Source: Candidatus Zipacnadum vermilionense
GTDB lineage: Bacteria > Armatimonadota > Zipacnadia > Zipacnadales > Zipacnadaceae
Length of the DNA stretch: 64,000 nt
NCBI GenBank assembly: GCA_029821755.1
Contig: JALGSV010000017.1
Location: 7,429 to 71,428, forward strand
Direction: 5' to 3'
A model generated the notes under the pieces. It made no database searches. It was not told where the DNA came from and saw only the letters and a list, made by a program, of their open reading frames with translations. A program made the translations under genes and the position numbers. Shown one piece after another: positions 47,801 through 56,221 of this stretch (positions are counted from its first letter, which is position 1; every line of letters begins with the position of its first letter).

Positions 47801-49169
47801 AGAGATCGACCCCAACTTCGCCGCCACCCAGCAGTGGATGTGGCAGGAGAGCGGACGGGCGCTACAGTACCCCTACGACGAGTTGGAGATAGACCCGAAC
47901 GGCGAGGCTCAAGCGCCAAGCTACACGTCCCGAAACTTCCCCGGCTTCGGCGCGGTGCTGCGCTCGGGGAGCCCCGATCCGCGGGAGACGTACTTCTGCC
48001 TGCGCGGCGGATACTGGCGCAGCCACTACGAGGCGGCGGACTGGGGCAACTTCATCCTGTACGCCAAGGGCGCGCCACTGTGCCTGGATTTCGCCAGCCA
48101 GTATGGGCCCACCGTCAACCGCTCGTACATGCACAACCGGATTTCGTTCAACCACCAGGTGAGCGCGGACAGCGGGAGCGTGACGGCGTTTGCCACGGGG
48201 GAGAAGGCCGATTACCTGCGCTGTACCACCCAGACCCAGCGGCTGTTCGAGCTACCGGAGACGCCGGAGGAGGAGCAGAAGCTGTACGAGCAGCGGGTGC
48301 TGCTGCCCAACAGTTCGCCGCCCTCAAAGCAAATCCCGACGGCGACGTGGGACCGGCGGGTGGCGCTGCTCAAGGACGCGGACGTCATGGGGCCCAACTA
48401 CGTGGTGATGCGGGACAGCTTCTCTGACCATCTGGTGCCGACGGACTGGAATTTGTGGTCGCTAGCGAGCGAGGTCAGATGGGAGGGAGGACGGGCGCTG
48501 GTGACGGCGATGTATGGTGGCGTGCTGCTGGATGTGTACATGCTGGAGCCGGCCGCGCCCCAGTTCGTCACCGGCGAGTGGGCGCACAAGTTCATGCCGG
48601 GCAACACGGGGGGGCTGTGGCAGACGCACAATCCGGGGGTGCCCTTCGAGGAACGGCAGAAGCTGCTGCGGGTCCAGCAGGGCCCGGGAGGCGGGTATCT
48701 GGCGGTGCTGTACCCCCGGACCGCGGAAGAGGCCCCCCCGCAGGTGGAGGCGCTAGCGAACGGGGTGGGGGCGAAAGTGGTGACGCCGCTGGGCACCGAC
48801 GTGGTCCTGCTGCTAGGGCAGGAGGGGACGGCTACCGCGGAGCAGGCGATCCTGGAGGGGAGCGCGGCCACGATCCGGCAGCAGCAGGGGCTGCTGGCGC
48901 TGGCGCTACTAGAGGGGACGCGGCTGGCGTGGGGGAACGACTGGGAGATTGGCCAGGAGACGGCCGGCGGCGGGGTGAACGTGGAGGCAGGGCAGACGCT
49001 ACGGATCAGCACCAGCGGGGCGAAGCGGCAGGTGACGCTGACGGTGCCGGAGGCGTGGGTGGGCGGCCAGTGGCCCGAGAACGGCGCGATCAAGCTGGCG
49101 GAGCGGCAGGGGCAGATCTGGACGCTGGAGGCGCCGGAGGGGGAGGCGGCGGTGGTCATTACGCGCTAG
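44892..49169 (+). CDS. very large secreted hypothetical protein (1425 aa), probable polysaccharide-active enzyme
   Basis: AGGAGG lies 7 nt upstream. Signal peptide MSRIATCLLLALLVGGVQA. The protein is rich in Trp/Tyr/Asn/Gly. I recognise no diagnostic motif. It is adjacent to a GH172 gene. Confidence 0.45.
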   Translation: MSRIATCLLLALLVGGVQAEDFESGLLMNWGIPGRNMGGTKMPEGGSVRLADARRGEPVHGGRFALRAEAADQTVALTPVNRVALSDSPDGRWLAEGWVLVERGQLFTNSYHFNSDGGYVGELQWFFKAAPEWQHVRIVVGPPGSAVDAPLRPGGVSFSWPLNIQPQSVIYFDDFTIEPLDASEIKVLDSGWKRADGKTAVQVQVTLREVGDCPQLEMAGPNRNVWPAEAELSELPVAPRAGVEVALRLDRQNLDTVEPAVATTDAEGQATFTVRATHSGTVKAQAYSPAPAGRPYGEPLSSQTATLTWAEPGAAVAIEDLTGHNWPPQLVQYRMAWEPGAAHPEGVRAQDEAGQTLATQLEDVVKHPDGSLASALVGWIASVPANGTARYTVAAQPVKTYKPAPQPETDLKVAQGGNLEIATDKIALRLPSAPLVVETPQTEGIPAPILAVRGRSGAWLGRGWMELPGGVTRVTPELRASGPVFADYHVEYEGPAGRYLVDIRMVTGSEVALVSEQYDTAAGAFKFSLYENLKPDTGRWRGHSASTQFAPDYKGFFSDQEAVSPLKYDREGAIFGLAGWMTWWPDTGFYWGVYDSNNPQSDYLGIFRSRSGQWQNPTWPGVEMAQAPDLVASFGLGCGKRQWGLYSATAAEAVPVSGRTAESGLNRAMLCYGEMPLDKYKDWILDWPGADQDTYPRMFIAPGELEAVRTRVQAWPEGMSRLNTVFGMWSRYLVTEDEKLGQDLVNAEAGEDYNWMGLKRRLQWDVTEWLEGEGDCGTAMHNLHGQIKGRTNALRYDVVASVKNMTPKERRQLRALEAFESSKMADPDWVPFGTGFHLGNPNMPTAVAATLGVCGAALPSHPYAQQWMDRAYRYVRDTVNSFTASGGAWNECPHYQMDASLQQILQLAVALKNAGYADLFQEQKLRDTMAYAAEISTPPDPRIGMRRLPSFGHTPLESTSLWGWMASQTREIDPNFAATQQWMWQESGRALQYPYDELEIDPNGEAQAPSYTSRNFPGFGAVLRSGSPDPRETYFCLRGGYWRSHYEAADWGNFILYAKGAPLCLDFASQYGPTVNRSYMHNRISFNHQVSADSGSVTAFATGEKADYLRCTTQTQRLFELPETPEEEQKLYEQRVLLPNSSPPSKQIPTATWDRRVALLKDADVMGPNYVVMRDSFSDHLVPTDWNLWSLASEVRWEGGRALVTAMYGGVLLDVYMLEPAAPQFVTGEWAHKFMPGNTGGLWQTHNPGVPFEERQKLLRVQQGPGGGYLAVLYPRTAEEAPPQVEALANGVGAKVVTPLGTDVVLLLGQEGTATAEQAILEGSAATIRQQQGLLALALLEGTRLAWGNDWEIGQETAGGGVNVEAGQTLRISTSGAKRQVTLTVPEAWVGGQWPENGAIKLAERQGQIWTLEAPEGEAAVVITR

Positions 49170-49307
49170 GGCGGCCCGGACAGGTAGGGGCTGGTGACGC
49201 AGCACAGAAGTACCGCGATAGTTGCGGTCTGCTAACGCCGGCGAGAGCCAGCAGACTGGTGAACGACGGGGACGGACGCCTCCGTGCCGACGCGGCAGCG
49301 CCAGTCC

Positions 49308-50480
49308 CTAGCAGATCTCCAGGTAGTCCTTGTCCGGCAGAGCCGGGAAGGGCGCGGTGGGGAGGGTTTGATACCAGTAAGCTACCGAAGCGAGGTCGTC
49401 TTGGAGCGGGAGGTAGCGGCCGCCACTGCGCCAGCCGAGGGCCTGGATGGTTACGCGCAGGTCCTGCTCAAAGCGGATGGGATCCATGATATGCCAGCGG
49501 TATAGCCCAAAGCGCTGCTGGGGCTGGTAGAGCCCGTCGGGGCGCAGCACCTGCGGCAGGCCGGCGTAGGGCGTGGTGAACTCCCGGTAGCCCCCCTGGT
49601 CCTGGCCCACGTCGAAGTTGTAGGAGCCGCAGAAGTAGTCCTCCGTCCCCGTCCCACAGATGGTGGGGAACTCGTCGTCCCCATCCAGGTAGAACTTGAT
49701 CTCCCCCTCGCCCCACCAGCCGGAGTTGTTGACCCCCCAGGCCATGTAGGTGCCCACGTATTGCCCCCAGCCTTGGATGCCGTCCACAACGGTGTAGACC
49801 TCCCGGTAGGGCAGCGGATTGACGCGCCGGAACTGCGCGTGGAAGTAAGCGGCGTCCTCGGGGACCTCGGTTAGGGTGTAGTCAAGCTGATAGTAGCAGG
49901 TGACCGGCTCGGCGTCGATATTGGTCAGGGTGACCCGGCAGGACTTGCGGAAGGGCATCTCCCAGTAGCAGTTGAGGGCGCTGCCGGGGTTGACGCAGAC
50001 GGGGAGGGAAGAGACCTGGGCGTACTTGCCCCAGCCGCAGGCGAAGAAGTCGCCGACCGGGCACTCGACGGAGGGCTGGTCCTGGCCGTCCCAGTAGAGG
50101 CGGAGAATGCTGAAGCGCCAGTTGCCGGTGACGGTGATCCAGAGGTGCTGGATCGCGCCGGGGCCGGTGATAGCGGCCAGCTCGAAGGTCTCGCCGGGCT
50201 CGACCCGCACCGAGGGGGAGACTTTCCAGCCCTGGCCGAGATCGCGAGCGCAGTTGGCGCCGGTGCCCTTGGTGGCCATGGCGGCTTTGCCCTTTTCGCC
50301 GGTGAAGTTCTCCGCGCAGATCGAGCGGGTCTGGGCGCGAGACAGACGCGAGAGGTTGCCGAGGTGGAGTCCAAGTCCGTTGAAGGGGGTCGTGATGGGT
50401 ACCTCCGAAGTTGAGAGCACAGTTCCAACAGTGTTCGGCGAGGCGCGCTGCGGGTCCTTCTTCATCTCTCTGGCGCCCAT
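49308..50480 (-). CDS. DUF2961 / glycoside hydrolase family 172 protein
   Basis: The characteristic blocks are WGEGEIKFYLDGDDEFPTICGTGTEDYFCGSYNF and GLYRWHIMDPIRFEQDLRVTIQALGW. Confidence 0.75.
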   Translation of the reverse strand: MGAREMKKDPQRASPNTVGTVLSTSEVPITTPFNGLGLHLGNLSRLSRAQTRSICAENFTGEKGKAAMATKGTGANCARDLGQGWKVSPSVRVEPGETFELAAITGPGAIQHLWITVTGNWRFSILRLYWDGQDQPSVECPVGDFFACGWGKYAQVSSLPVCVNPGSALNCYWEMPFRKSCRVTLTNIDAEPVTCYYQLDYTLTEVPEDAAYFHAQFRRVNPLPYREVYTVVDGIQGWGQYVGTYMAWGVNNSGWWGEGEIKFYLDGDDEFPTICGTGTEDYFCGSYNFDVGQDQGGYREFTTPYAGLPQVLRPDGLYQPQQRFGLYRWHIMDPIRFEQDLRVTIQALGWRSGGRYLPLQDDLASVAYWYQTLPTAPFPALPDKDYLEIC

Positions 50481-50565
50481 GCGCCAGCCCTGGTAGTGGC
50501 GATTGTCGAGGGCCGCTTACTTGCCGTAGGGGGCCTGCGCCCGCGGTCTGGTACCCATTCAATCA

Positions 50566-51918
50566 TCAATCTCCCGCTCCCCCCTCCGCCATCAGCTTGG
50601 CGGCCGCCGGGAATCGCCTTTGGACTACCTCAAAAACCTCCGTGGCCTGGCGGCGCAGAGCGCGTACCACGTCACGGATCTGGGTCCCGCCCTCGGCTAC
50701 TTCAAGCAGGGAGGGGAACACAAGCGGGAGGCGCTCCTCCGGGGTGGAAAGGACACGCGTGGCCCAGCTCAGCAGATCCACCAGGTTGCGGTAGGCATCG
50801 GTGTGGAGGTAGGCCTCGGGGCTGGCCAGCAGGTCCAGGGCGTAGACCTCGTCCGGCAGGCCGGCGGCGAGCAGCCCAATGCGCCGCAGCAGGCAGGGGA
50901 GACAGCCGCCGCACTGGCGTTGCTGGCGCCCGATGGCCCAGCAGGAGACGGTCTGGGCGATCTCCGCCGGGCTGAGCACCGGCTGCAAGAAGGCGCGGAT
51001 GACCTCGCCCTTGGTCTGGTAGGCCAGGGGATTGAGCAGGCGCACCGGCCAGCCGGCGTGGTCTAGCAGGCGGGTGAACTCCGCGAGCACCGCCGGATGG
51101 GTGCTGTGGGTGGTGAAGCTGCCGCTGCGCGCCTCGGACAGGGGGAGGGCCGAAGTGAGCAGGCAGTTGTCGCAGAGATAGACCTCATCCACGCCCTCGG
51201 CCCGGGCGGCCAGCGCCCCCAGGGTCATGAACAGGAGCGAACGACAGCGTCGGGAGGTCTCCCGCTCGGCAGGCGCGGGGAAGGGGAGGGCGCCGGTGCG
51301 GTGGGAACTGGGCGCCAGCCGCACTTGCGACAGGCAGAACTGATCCGGCCACTTGTCGGCGAAGGTCTGCGTTACCCGATCTTGGGCCTGGGCGACGGTG
51401 GGATTGCCGGAGCGGTGCATGACCAGGCGGGGGCAGCGTTCAGTGCGCAAGAGCATGGCGGCAGCGGCGGCGGAGTCGAGGCCTCCCGAGAGCAAGCAAA
51501 TGCCGTCGGTGTGCAGCCACGGTTCGCCCGAGGCGAGGGGTGTATCTTCCTCCGCTCGGGGGTAGAAACGGAAGCGGAAGCTGTCGCCGGTCATGCGCTG
51601 CAGCAGGCGCGCGAGGGCGGGCTCCTGTCCCGTCCAGAAGTCGAGCTCGCGCACCGCCAAGACCAGCTCGATCTCCCGCACCCAGGCTTCGTTCTCCCCG
51701 CGACGCACGGCCAGGTCGGCCAGGTAGACGGCGGTGGTTACGTCCAGCAGGTCCAGGGCCAGGTCCTCCGACTCACCGGCAGGCAGAGGCAGATCGGTGC
51801 AATCGAGCACGGCATTGCGCCGATCCGAGCGCCAGTCCAGCGCCCAGGCGGCGCGGCCTTCGGCCGCGGCCCGGGCGCTTTCCGGCAGACCCTCAGCTTG
51901 GAGTAGCAATACTGCCAA
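50566..51918 (-). CDS. QueC-like PP-loop ATP pyrophosphatase with about 155-aa N-terminal extension and C-terminal Cys4 zinc motif
   Basis: The PP-loop ICLLSGGLDSAAAA starts near residue 165. The QueC-type zinc ligands are SCWAIGRQQRQCGGCLPC (C-x9-C-x2-C-x2-C). The TTG start is 6 nt after the stop of the upstream gene. Confidence 0.7.
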   Translation of the reverse strand: MAVLLLQAEGLPESARAAAEGRAAWALDWRSDRRNAVLDCTDLPLPAGESEDLALDLLDVTTAVYLADLAVRRGENEAWVREIELVLAVRELDFWTGQEPALARLLQRMTGDSFRFRFYPRAEEDTPLASGEPWLHTDGICLLSGGLDSAAAAAMLLRTERCPRLVMHRSGNPTVAQAQDRVTQTFADKWPDQFCLSQVRLAPSSHRTGALPFPAPAERETSRRCRSLLFMTLGALAARAEGVDEVYLCDNCLLTSALPLSEARSGSFTTHSTHPAVLAEFTRLLDHAGWPVRLLNPLAYQTKGEVIRAFLQPVLSPAEIAQTVSCWAIGRQQRQCGGCLPCLLRRIGLLAAGLPDEVYALDLLASPEAYLHTDAYRNLVDLLSWATRVLSTPEERLPLVFPSLLEVAEGGTQIRDVVRALRRQATEVFEVVQRRFPAAAKLMAEGGAGD

Positions 51919-51924
51919 CTGCCG

Positions 51925-52680
51925 TCAACCCCCCGATAGAACGGTCAGCGAAGCTTCCACACCTTTTCGTACGAGTGGCTCCAACTCCCGGACCCGCTGG
52001 TCCCGGACCAAGGTCATGATCTCCTGCAAGTCCTGCTCGTGCCGGCGCAACACCGGCCCCGAACCTCCCTGCCGCACCAGATCGCCCACCCCCACCACCA
52101 GCCGCCCCGCGTCCTGCACGGTCGGCAGGCCCGTCTGGCCTACGAAATCGCTCACATCCCGCGTCACCAGGTAGCGGAAGGCCTGGTCCAAGCCGTTCCC
52201 GGTGTACTGGCCGGCCAGGGCCGACAGATCGCCCTCCCGGGCAAAGCGGGAGTAGCGGGCGAGCACGGTGGCGGCGGGGAAGTCGTTCCAGTCGGAGGTG
52301 GTGCTGAGACTGTCCAGGACCGTGGGGGGCACCGCATCCAGGGCCAGGGTGCCGGTTACAGAGGGTGCTCGGTCGGCAGCGATGCTTTCCAGCGCGGCGG
52401 CCCGCACGAAAACGGCGAGGTCCAGGGCGGGTATGCCACTGCTCACCGGAGGCTCCGGCAGGGCTGCGCCCGGCTCGGCCAGGGCGGCGCTGGAGTACAG
52501 GACCGCGTCCAGGCAACGCACCGTGGCCGCATCGTGTAGACGCGCGCGGGAAGCTTCATCCAGCGCGGCGACGATGCGGCCGACCACCTCACCAGGTGCG
52601 GGGTTGGGGCGCTGGTACAGCTCTCGTACCAGGTCCCACTCCCGCGTGGCCGGCGAGCGATGCGAGGTTGAGGTGCCCAT
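51925..52680 (-). CDS. hypothetical protein ending in Gly-Gly (...KGVEASLTVLSGG*), cotranscribed with the QueC-like ATPase
   Basis: The frame reads 251 aa from the ATG with GCAGGAC upstream (or 259 aa from TTG 52704). The C-terminal 13 residues resemble the MoaD/ThiS/CysO tails (..GDEVAFFPPVTGG). Confidence 0.5.
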   Translation of the reverse strand: MGTSTSHRSPATREWDLVRELYQRPNPAPGEVVGRIVAALDEASRARLHDAATVRCLDAVLYSSAALAEPGAALPEPPVSSGIPALDLAVFVRAAALESIAADRAPSVTGTLALDAVPPTVLDSLSTTSDWNDFPAATVLARYSRFAREGDLSALAGQYTGNGLDQAFRYLVTRDVSDFVGQTGLPTVQDAGRLVVGVGDLVRQGGSGPVLRRHEQDLQEIMTLVRDQRVRELEPLVRKGVEASLTVLSGG

Positions 52681-53110
52681 AGGTCCTGCCGTAAAGCTAA
52701 ACAATCAGAGTCAGCCCCTCCCCATTCCCTATCCTGCCCGCAAATCCTTCCCCACTACCAACGCTGGTATCGGCAGTCGGGCCTGCTGCCGGCAGTCGCG
52801 CTCGTGCCCATCCCGTCACCAACTCGTAACGCCTGCGCAAACATCACTCGGCAGGAAACCTCTCTTCCTCCGACGAATCACGATCCACGGGGCTCAAGGC
52901 CCGCCGGTTGTCCACGGGGAGGGGCCGGATTCACTTCGCTCATCACGGTCCCCCCAGTGATCCATCTACAGTCCTGGGTCACACTCACCCCCTGGCACTG
53001 CTGGAAAAGTACGCCTCCCGCGTGGTACACTGTCACCTAGAGGACGCGGTGGTGGACAAGCAGAGACTGACCGGAGCATGACGAATCATGCCCCTACATG
53101 GAGCACAATT

Positions 53111-54850
53111 ATGAGTGACACCTTGGGCCAATATCAACGCGGAGAGACCACCATTCCCACTACCCAGGCCGCGTGGCATGTGTATGGGGCGGGGATGGAG
53201 AACGTGGGGCGGGAGGGGAAGCCCGTCGAGATTCCTGTGAACCGTCCCGGTCCAGAGCAACTCCTGGCGCGGGTGGACGCCGCGGGAATCTGCTTCTCCG
53301 ACATCAAGATCATCAAGCAGGGCGGGGACCATCCGCGGCTGTACGGGCGCGACCTGGCCAACGATCCCATCGTGCCGGGGCATGAGGTGGCGCTGACTAT
53401 CGTGGAGGTCGGGGAGCAGTTGGCCGGGCAGTACCACGTCGGCGACCGGTTTGTGGTGCAGGCTGACATCTATGTCAACGGCAAGAACCTGGCCTTCGGG
53501 TACATGCTGCCGGGAGCGTTTGAGCAGTACGTGGTGCTGGGCGAGGAGGCTCTGCGCGGGGATGACGGGGCGTACCTCATCCCGATGCAGGACGAGACCG
53601 GCTATGCCGAGGCGGCTCTGGCCGAGCCGTGGGCATGCGTAGTGTGCGCGTATCGAACCGACTTTCGGCGGACGCTGAAGGAGGGCGGGGTGACGTGGAT
53701 AGTGGGCGGGGCAGACCGTACCGGGTATACGCTGGGCGCCCTGTCCGAGGGACCAGCGCCGGCGCGGGTCGTGCTGACCGAGGTGGCGCTGGAGCTGGCG
53801 GCCGAGATCACCGCCGCGGCGGAGAAGTGGGGCGCGACGATGGTAGCTACGCCGCCGCTGGCTGAACTGAACGTCACCACCGTCCAGGCGCAGGAGTCGC
53901 CGGAGGGCTTCGACGATATCATCGTCCTCGGCCCGCAGCCGCCGGAGCTGATCGAGGCGCTGGCGGCGGCGCTGGGCCGGGAAAGCGTACTCTCTCTGAT
54001 GACCGACCAGCCGCTGGCCCGGCCGGTGGAGATTGACCTGGGGCGGGTGCATTACGACTACACGCGCTACTACGGGCACGCGACGCCGGACCTGGCGGCG
54101 GCGTACCGGGAGACGCGCGCGCCGAACTTCACGCCGGGCGGGACCGCCTGGATCATGGGCGGGGCGGGGCCGATGGGGCAGATGCATACGCAGATCGCCG
54201 CGCAGGCCAGCGAGGGGCCGGGGACCATCGTGGTCAGCGATCTGGACGACGACCGCCTGGAGCTGGTTCGGGAGCGGCTGGAGCCGGTGGCCCAGGCGCG
54301 GGGGCGGCGGATGATCCTGCTCAACCCGAAGGCCCTGGGGCAGGAGGCCTTCGAGGCGCGGCTGCGGGAGATCGCGCCGGAGGGCTTCGACGACATCCAC
54401 GTGCTGGTGCCGGTCCCGGCGCTGATCGCCAGCGCCGTGCCCTTCGCGGGGAAGAACGGGTTGGTGGAGATCTTCGCGGGGATTCCGCGCGGGTCGGTGG
54501 CGGCGACGGACCTGTCGCCCGTGGCGCTGCACGGGGTGCGCTTCCAGGGCACCAGCGGCTCGGCCATCGAGGACCTGCGCACCACGCTGCACATGACCGA
54601 GGCGGGCGAGATAGACACCAACGCCTCGGTGGCGGGTATTGGGGGGATTGAGGCGGTGCACGAGGGGCTGGAGACGGTGCTGGCGATGGGCCTGCCGGGC
54701 AAGATAGTCATCTACCCGCAGATCAATGGCCTCCCCCTGACGCCGCTGACGGAGTTGGCGGAGAAGATGCCAGCGATAGCGGCGCTGCTAGGGCCGGGAG
54801 GGATTTGGACCAGGAAAGCGGAGAAGGCGCTGTTGGAGAGGTATTTGTAG
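53111..54850 (+). CDS. zinc-type alcohol-dehydrogenase-like protein (GroES-like N-domain) with a long C-terminal region
   Basis: GGAG lies 8 nt upstream. GICFSDIKII...PIVPGHEVALTIVEVGE matches the ADH_N fold, and a Rossmann-like GGAGPMGQMHTQ follows. About 580 aa. Confidence 0.6.
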   Translation: MSDTLGQYQRGETTIPTTQAAWHVYGAGMENVGREGKPVEIPVNRPGPEQLLARVDAAGICFSDIKIIKQGGDHPRLYGRDLANDPIVPGHEVALTIVEVGEQLAGQYHVGDRFVVQADIYVNGKNLAFGYMLPGAFEQYVVLGEEALRGDDGAYLIPMQDETGYAEAALAEPWACVVCAYRTDFRRTLKEGGVTWIVGGADRTGYTLGALSEGPAPARVVLTEVALELAAEITAAAEKWGATMVATPPLAELNVTTVQAQESPEGFDDIIVLGPQPPELIEALAAALGRESVLSLMTDQPLARPVEIDLGRVHYDYTRYYGHATPDLAAAYRETRAPNFTPGGTAWIMGGAGPMGQMHTQIAAQASEGPGTIVVSDLDDDRLELVRERLEPVAQARGRRMILLNPKALGQEAFEARLREIAPEGFDDIHVLVPVPALIASAVPFAGKNGLVEIFAGIPRGSVAATDLSPVALHGVRFQGTSGSAIEDLRTTLHMTEAGEIDTNASVAGIGGIEAVHEGLETVLAMGLPGKIVIYPQINGLPLTPLTELAEKMPAIAALLGPGGIWTRKAEKALLERYL

Positions 54851-55035
54851 GGGTACGTTTCAATACGCAGAGCGTTTAGTAACGCACATGACAAGCGCGG
54901 CTTTCGCAGAAGAAGGCCGCGTTTGCGCTGTGCTTGCACTCCTATTTGAGCGCATATTGGCGTGCGGGCATATGAAAACACTGCCATGTTCGCTGTGCAT
55001 GCCTTTGGCATGTGTGGCAGATGGTGCGCTGTCGC

Positions 55036-55064
55036 TTGACATTTCTGCATGAATATGCTACCAT
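55036..55064 (+). promoter_or_regulatory. strong sigma70-like promoter: TTGACA-17 nt-(TGc)TACCAT, driving a low-GC two-gene cassette
   Basis: Exact -35 hexamer TTGACA, with an extended -10 TGcTACCAT. GAGGAGG follows 8 nt before ATG 55096. Local GC is about 48%. Confidence 0.6.
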
Positions 55065-55095
55065 AGAGATAGCATATTAAGAGGAGGAAAGTGAA

Positions 55096-55491
55096 ATGCC
55101 CTTTGAGCGGTTTACGAGAGGCGGCAGGAGATACAGGCCTACGGTGTCCATCAACAAGGGGGGGATAATCGGGTTTAGCAGGGGTTCGTACCACAGATTC
55201 TCTCTCGGGAGATACACGCACGTGGTCTTGTTCTACGATGCGGAAACTCGGCGAGTTGGCGTCATGCTTGCTGTAGATTCGGAGGAGCCAGGAGCCATTC
55301 CGCTCCGGCCCAGGCCAGCGGAGAGTGGCGCAGACGTGTCAGCCAAGAGCTTCTTGGACTTCTACGGGATCCCCTACCAGCACGGAACTGAGCAATACGA
55401 TCCGGAGGTAGTTGACTTCGATGGACAGAAGATGGTAGTATTCACTCTCGCAGAGGAGCCTCCGGCGGGGGAGGACTTCTTCAATGATTGA
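55096..55491 (+). CDS. hypothetical small protein (131 aa), possibly AbrB/swapped-hairpin-like
   Basis: Strong SD. GC is about 55%. PTVSINKGGIIGFSRGSYHRFSLGRYTHVVLFYD is reminiscent of looped-hinge / AbrB-type DNA-binding barrels. This assignment is tentative. Confidence 0.45.
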   Translation: MPFERFTRGGRRYRPTVSINKGGIIGFSRGSYHRFSLGRYTHVVLFYDAETRRVGVMLAVDSEEPGAIPLRPRPAESGADVSAKSFLDFYGIPYQHGTEQYDPEVVDFDGQKMVVFTLAEEPPAGEDFFND

Positions 55492-55542
55492 GTGTGTGGT
55501 GGGCTGATAGAGATTCATGCCCAGAGGAGGTGAGAAAAGCAA

Positions 55543-55941
55543 ATGGCACAATGTTCGATAGTAGAATGGAAACCGACGGTCCCGATACACATCGTGATCT
55601 GGATCATTCTCACCGAGCGGGCTCTGGGCCCTAATCGTCCTGTTACCGCAGCGGTAATCGCCGACTTGGCAGGAATTCGGGACAACGCGCAGCAAACGCT
55701 GACGCGCCGGATTATCCGGGAGATGGTTCGCCTAGGCGCGCCGATCATCGGATCGTCTCGGGGGTTCTTCGTAGCAACCGACCCTGAGCAGGTCTTTCAC
55801 GGGGGGTATTGCCTCCTTGATCGCGCTGCCGAGGTTGAGGCACATGGCCGGGATCTGCTTCAGATTCACCAGAATCTCGGGGAGCACGGCCCCAACGACG
55901 AAAACGGAGAGACCATGCGCATGCGCATGGTCTCTCCCTGA
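55543..55941 (+). CDS. hypothetical winged-HTH protein (HTH_36-like, phage/plasmid-type)
   Basis: AGAGGAGGTGA SD. ILTERALGPNRPVTAAVIADLAGIRDNAQQTLTRRIIREMVRLGAPIIGS fits the wHTH pattern found in replication/regulatory proteins of mobile elements. Confidence 0.45.
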   Translation: MAQCSIVEWKPTVPIHIVIWIILTERALGPNRPVTAAVIADLAGIRDNAQQTLTRRIIREMVRLGAPIIGSSRGFFVATDPEQVFHGGYCLLDRAAEVEAHGRDLLQIHQNLGEHGPNDENGETMRMRMVSP

Positions 55942-55944
55942 ACT

Positions 55945-55982
55945 GGCGGGCGACCGTTTCTTGATGGGGGCGGTCGCCTGCC
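55945..55982 (+). terminator. hairpin terminator GGCGGGCGACCG-(13 nt)-CGGTCGCCTGCC
   Basis: 12-bp stem with one mismatch, immediately after the stop of the 55543 gene. Confidence 0.5.
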
Positions 55983-56221
55983 GCATTATGTCAGACCAAT
56001 GGCCTGGTGTCAATGTTCCGGAGAGCCCTCCCCTCTCCTCCTCCTCGGACCCTCCTCCATGCCACCTCCCCTCCCAACCACCTCTACTTCAGCGACGATC
56101 TTGACACCCTTCGTCGGTATGTCGCCTCCGAGTCGGCAGATTGGGGCCTTTGACGACTTCTGGCAATGGGGGAGCATACCGCTGGCGTCGGGATGAGCCC
56201 CCGATCAGTCTCCCTCCTCCT

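Noticed and set aside
48455-49489. 344-aa plus-strand ORF (Gly/Ala/Arg-rich)
   Set aside because: It is out-of-frame within the 3' end of the 1425-aa gene and continues into the intergenic region. It shows strong compositional bias.
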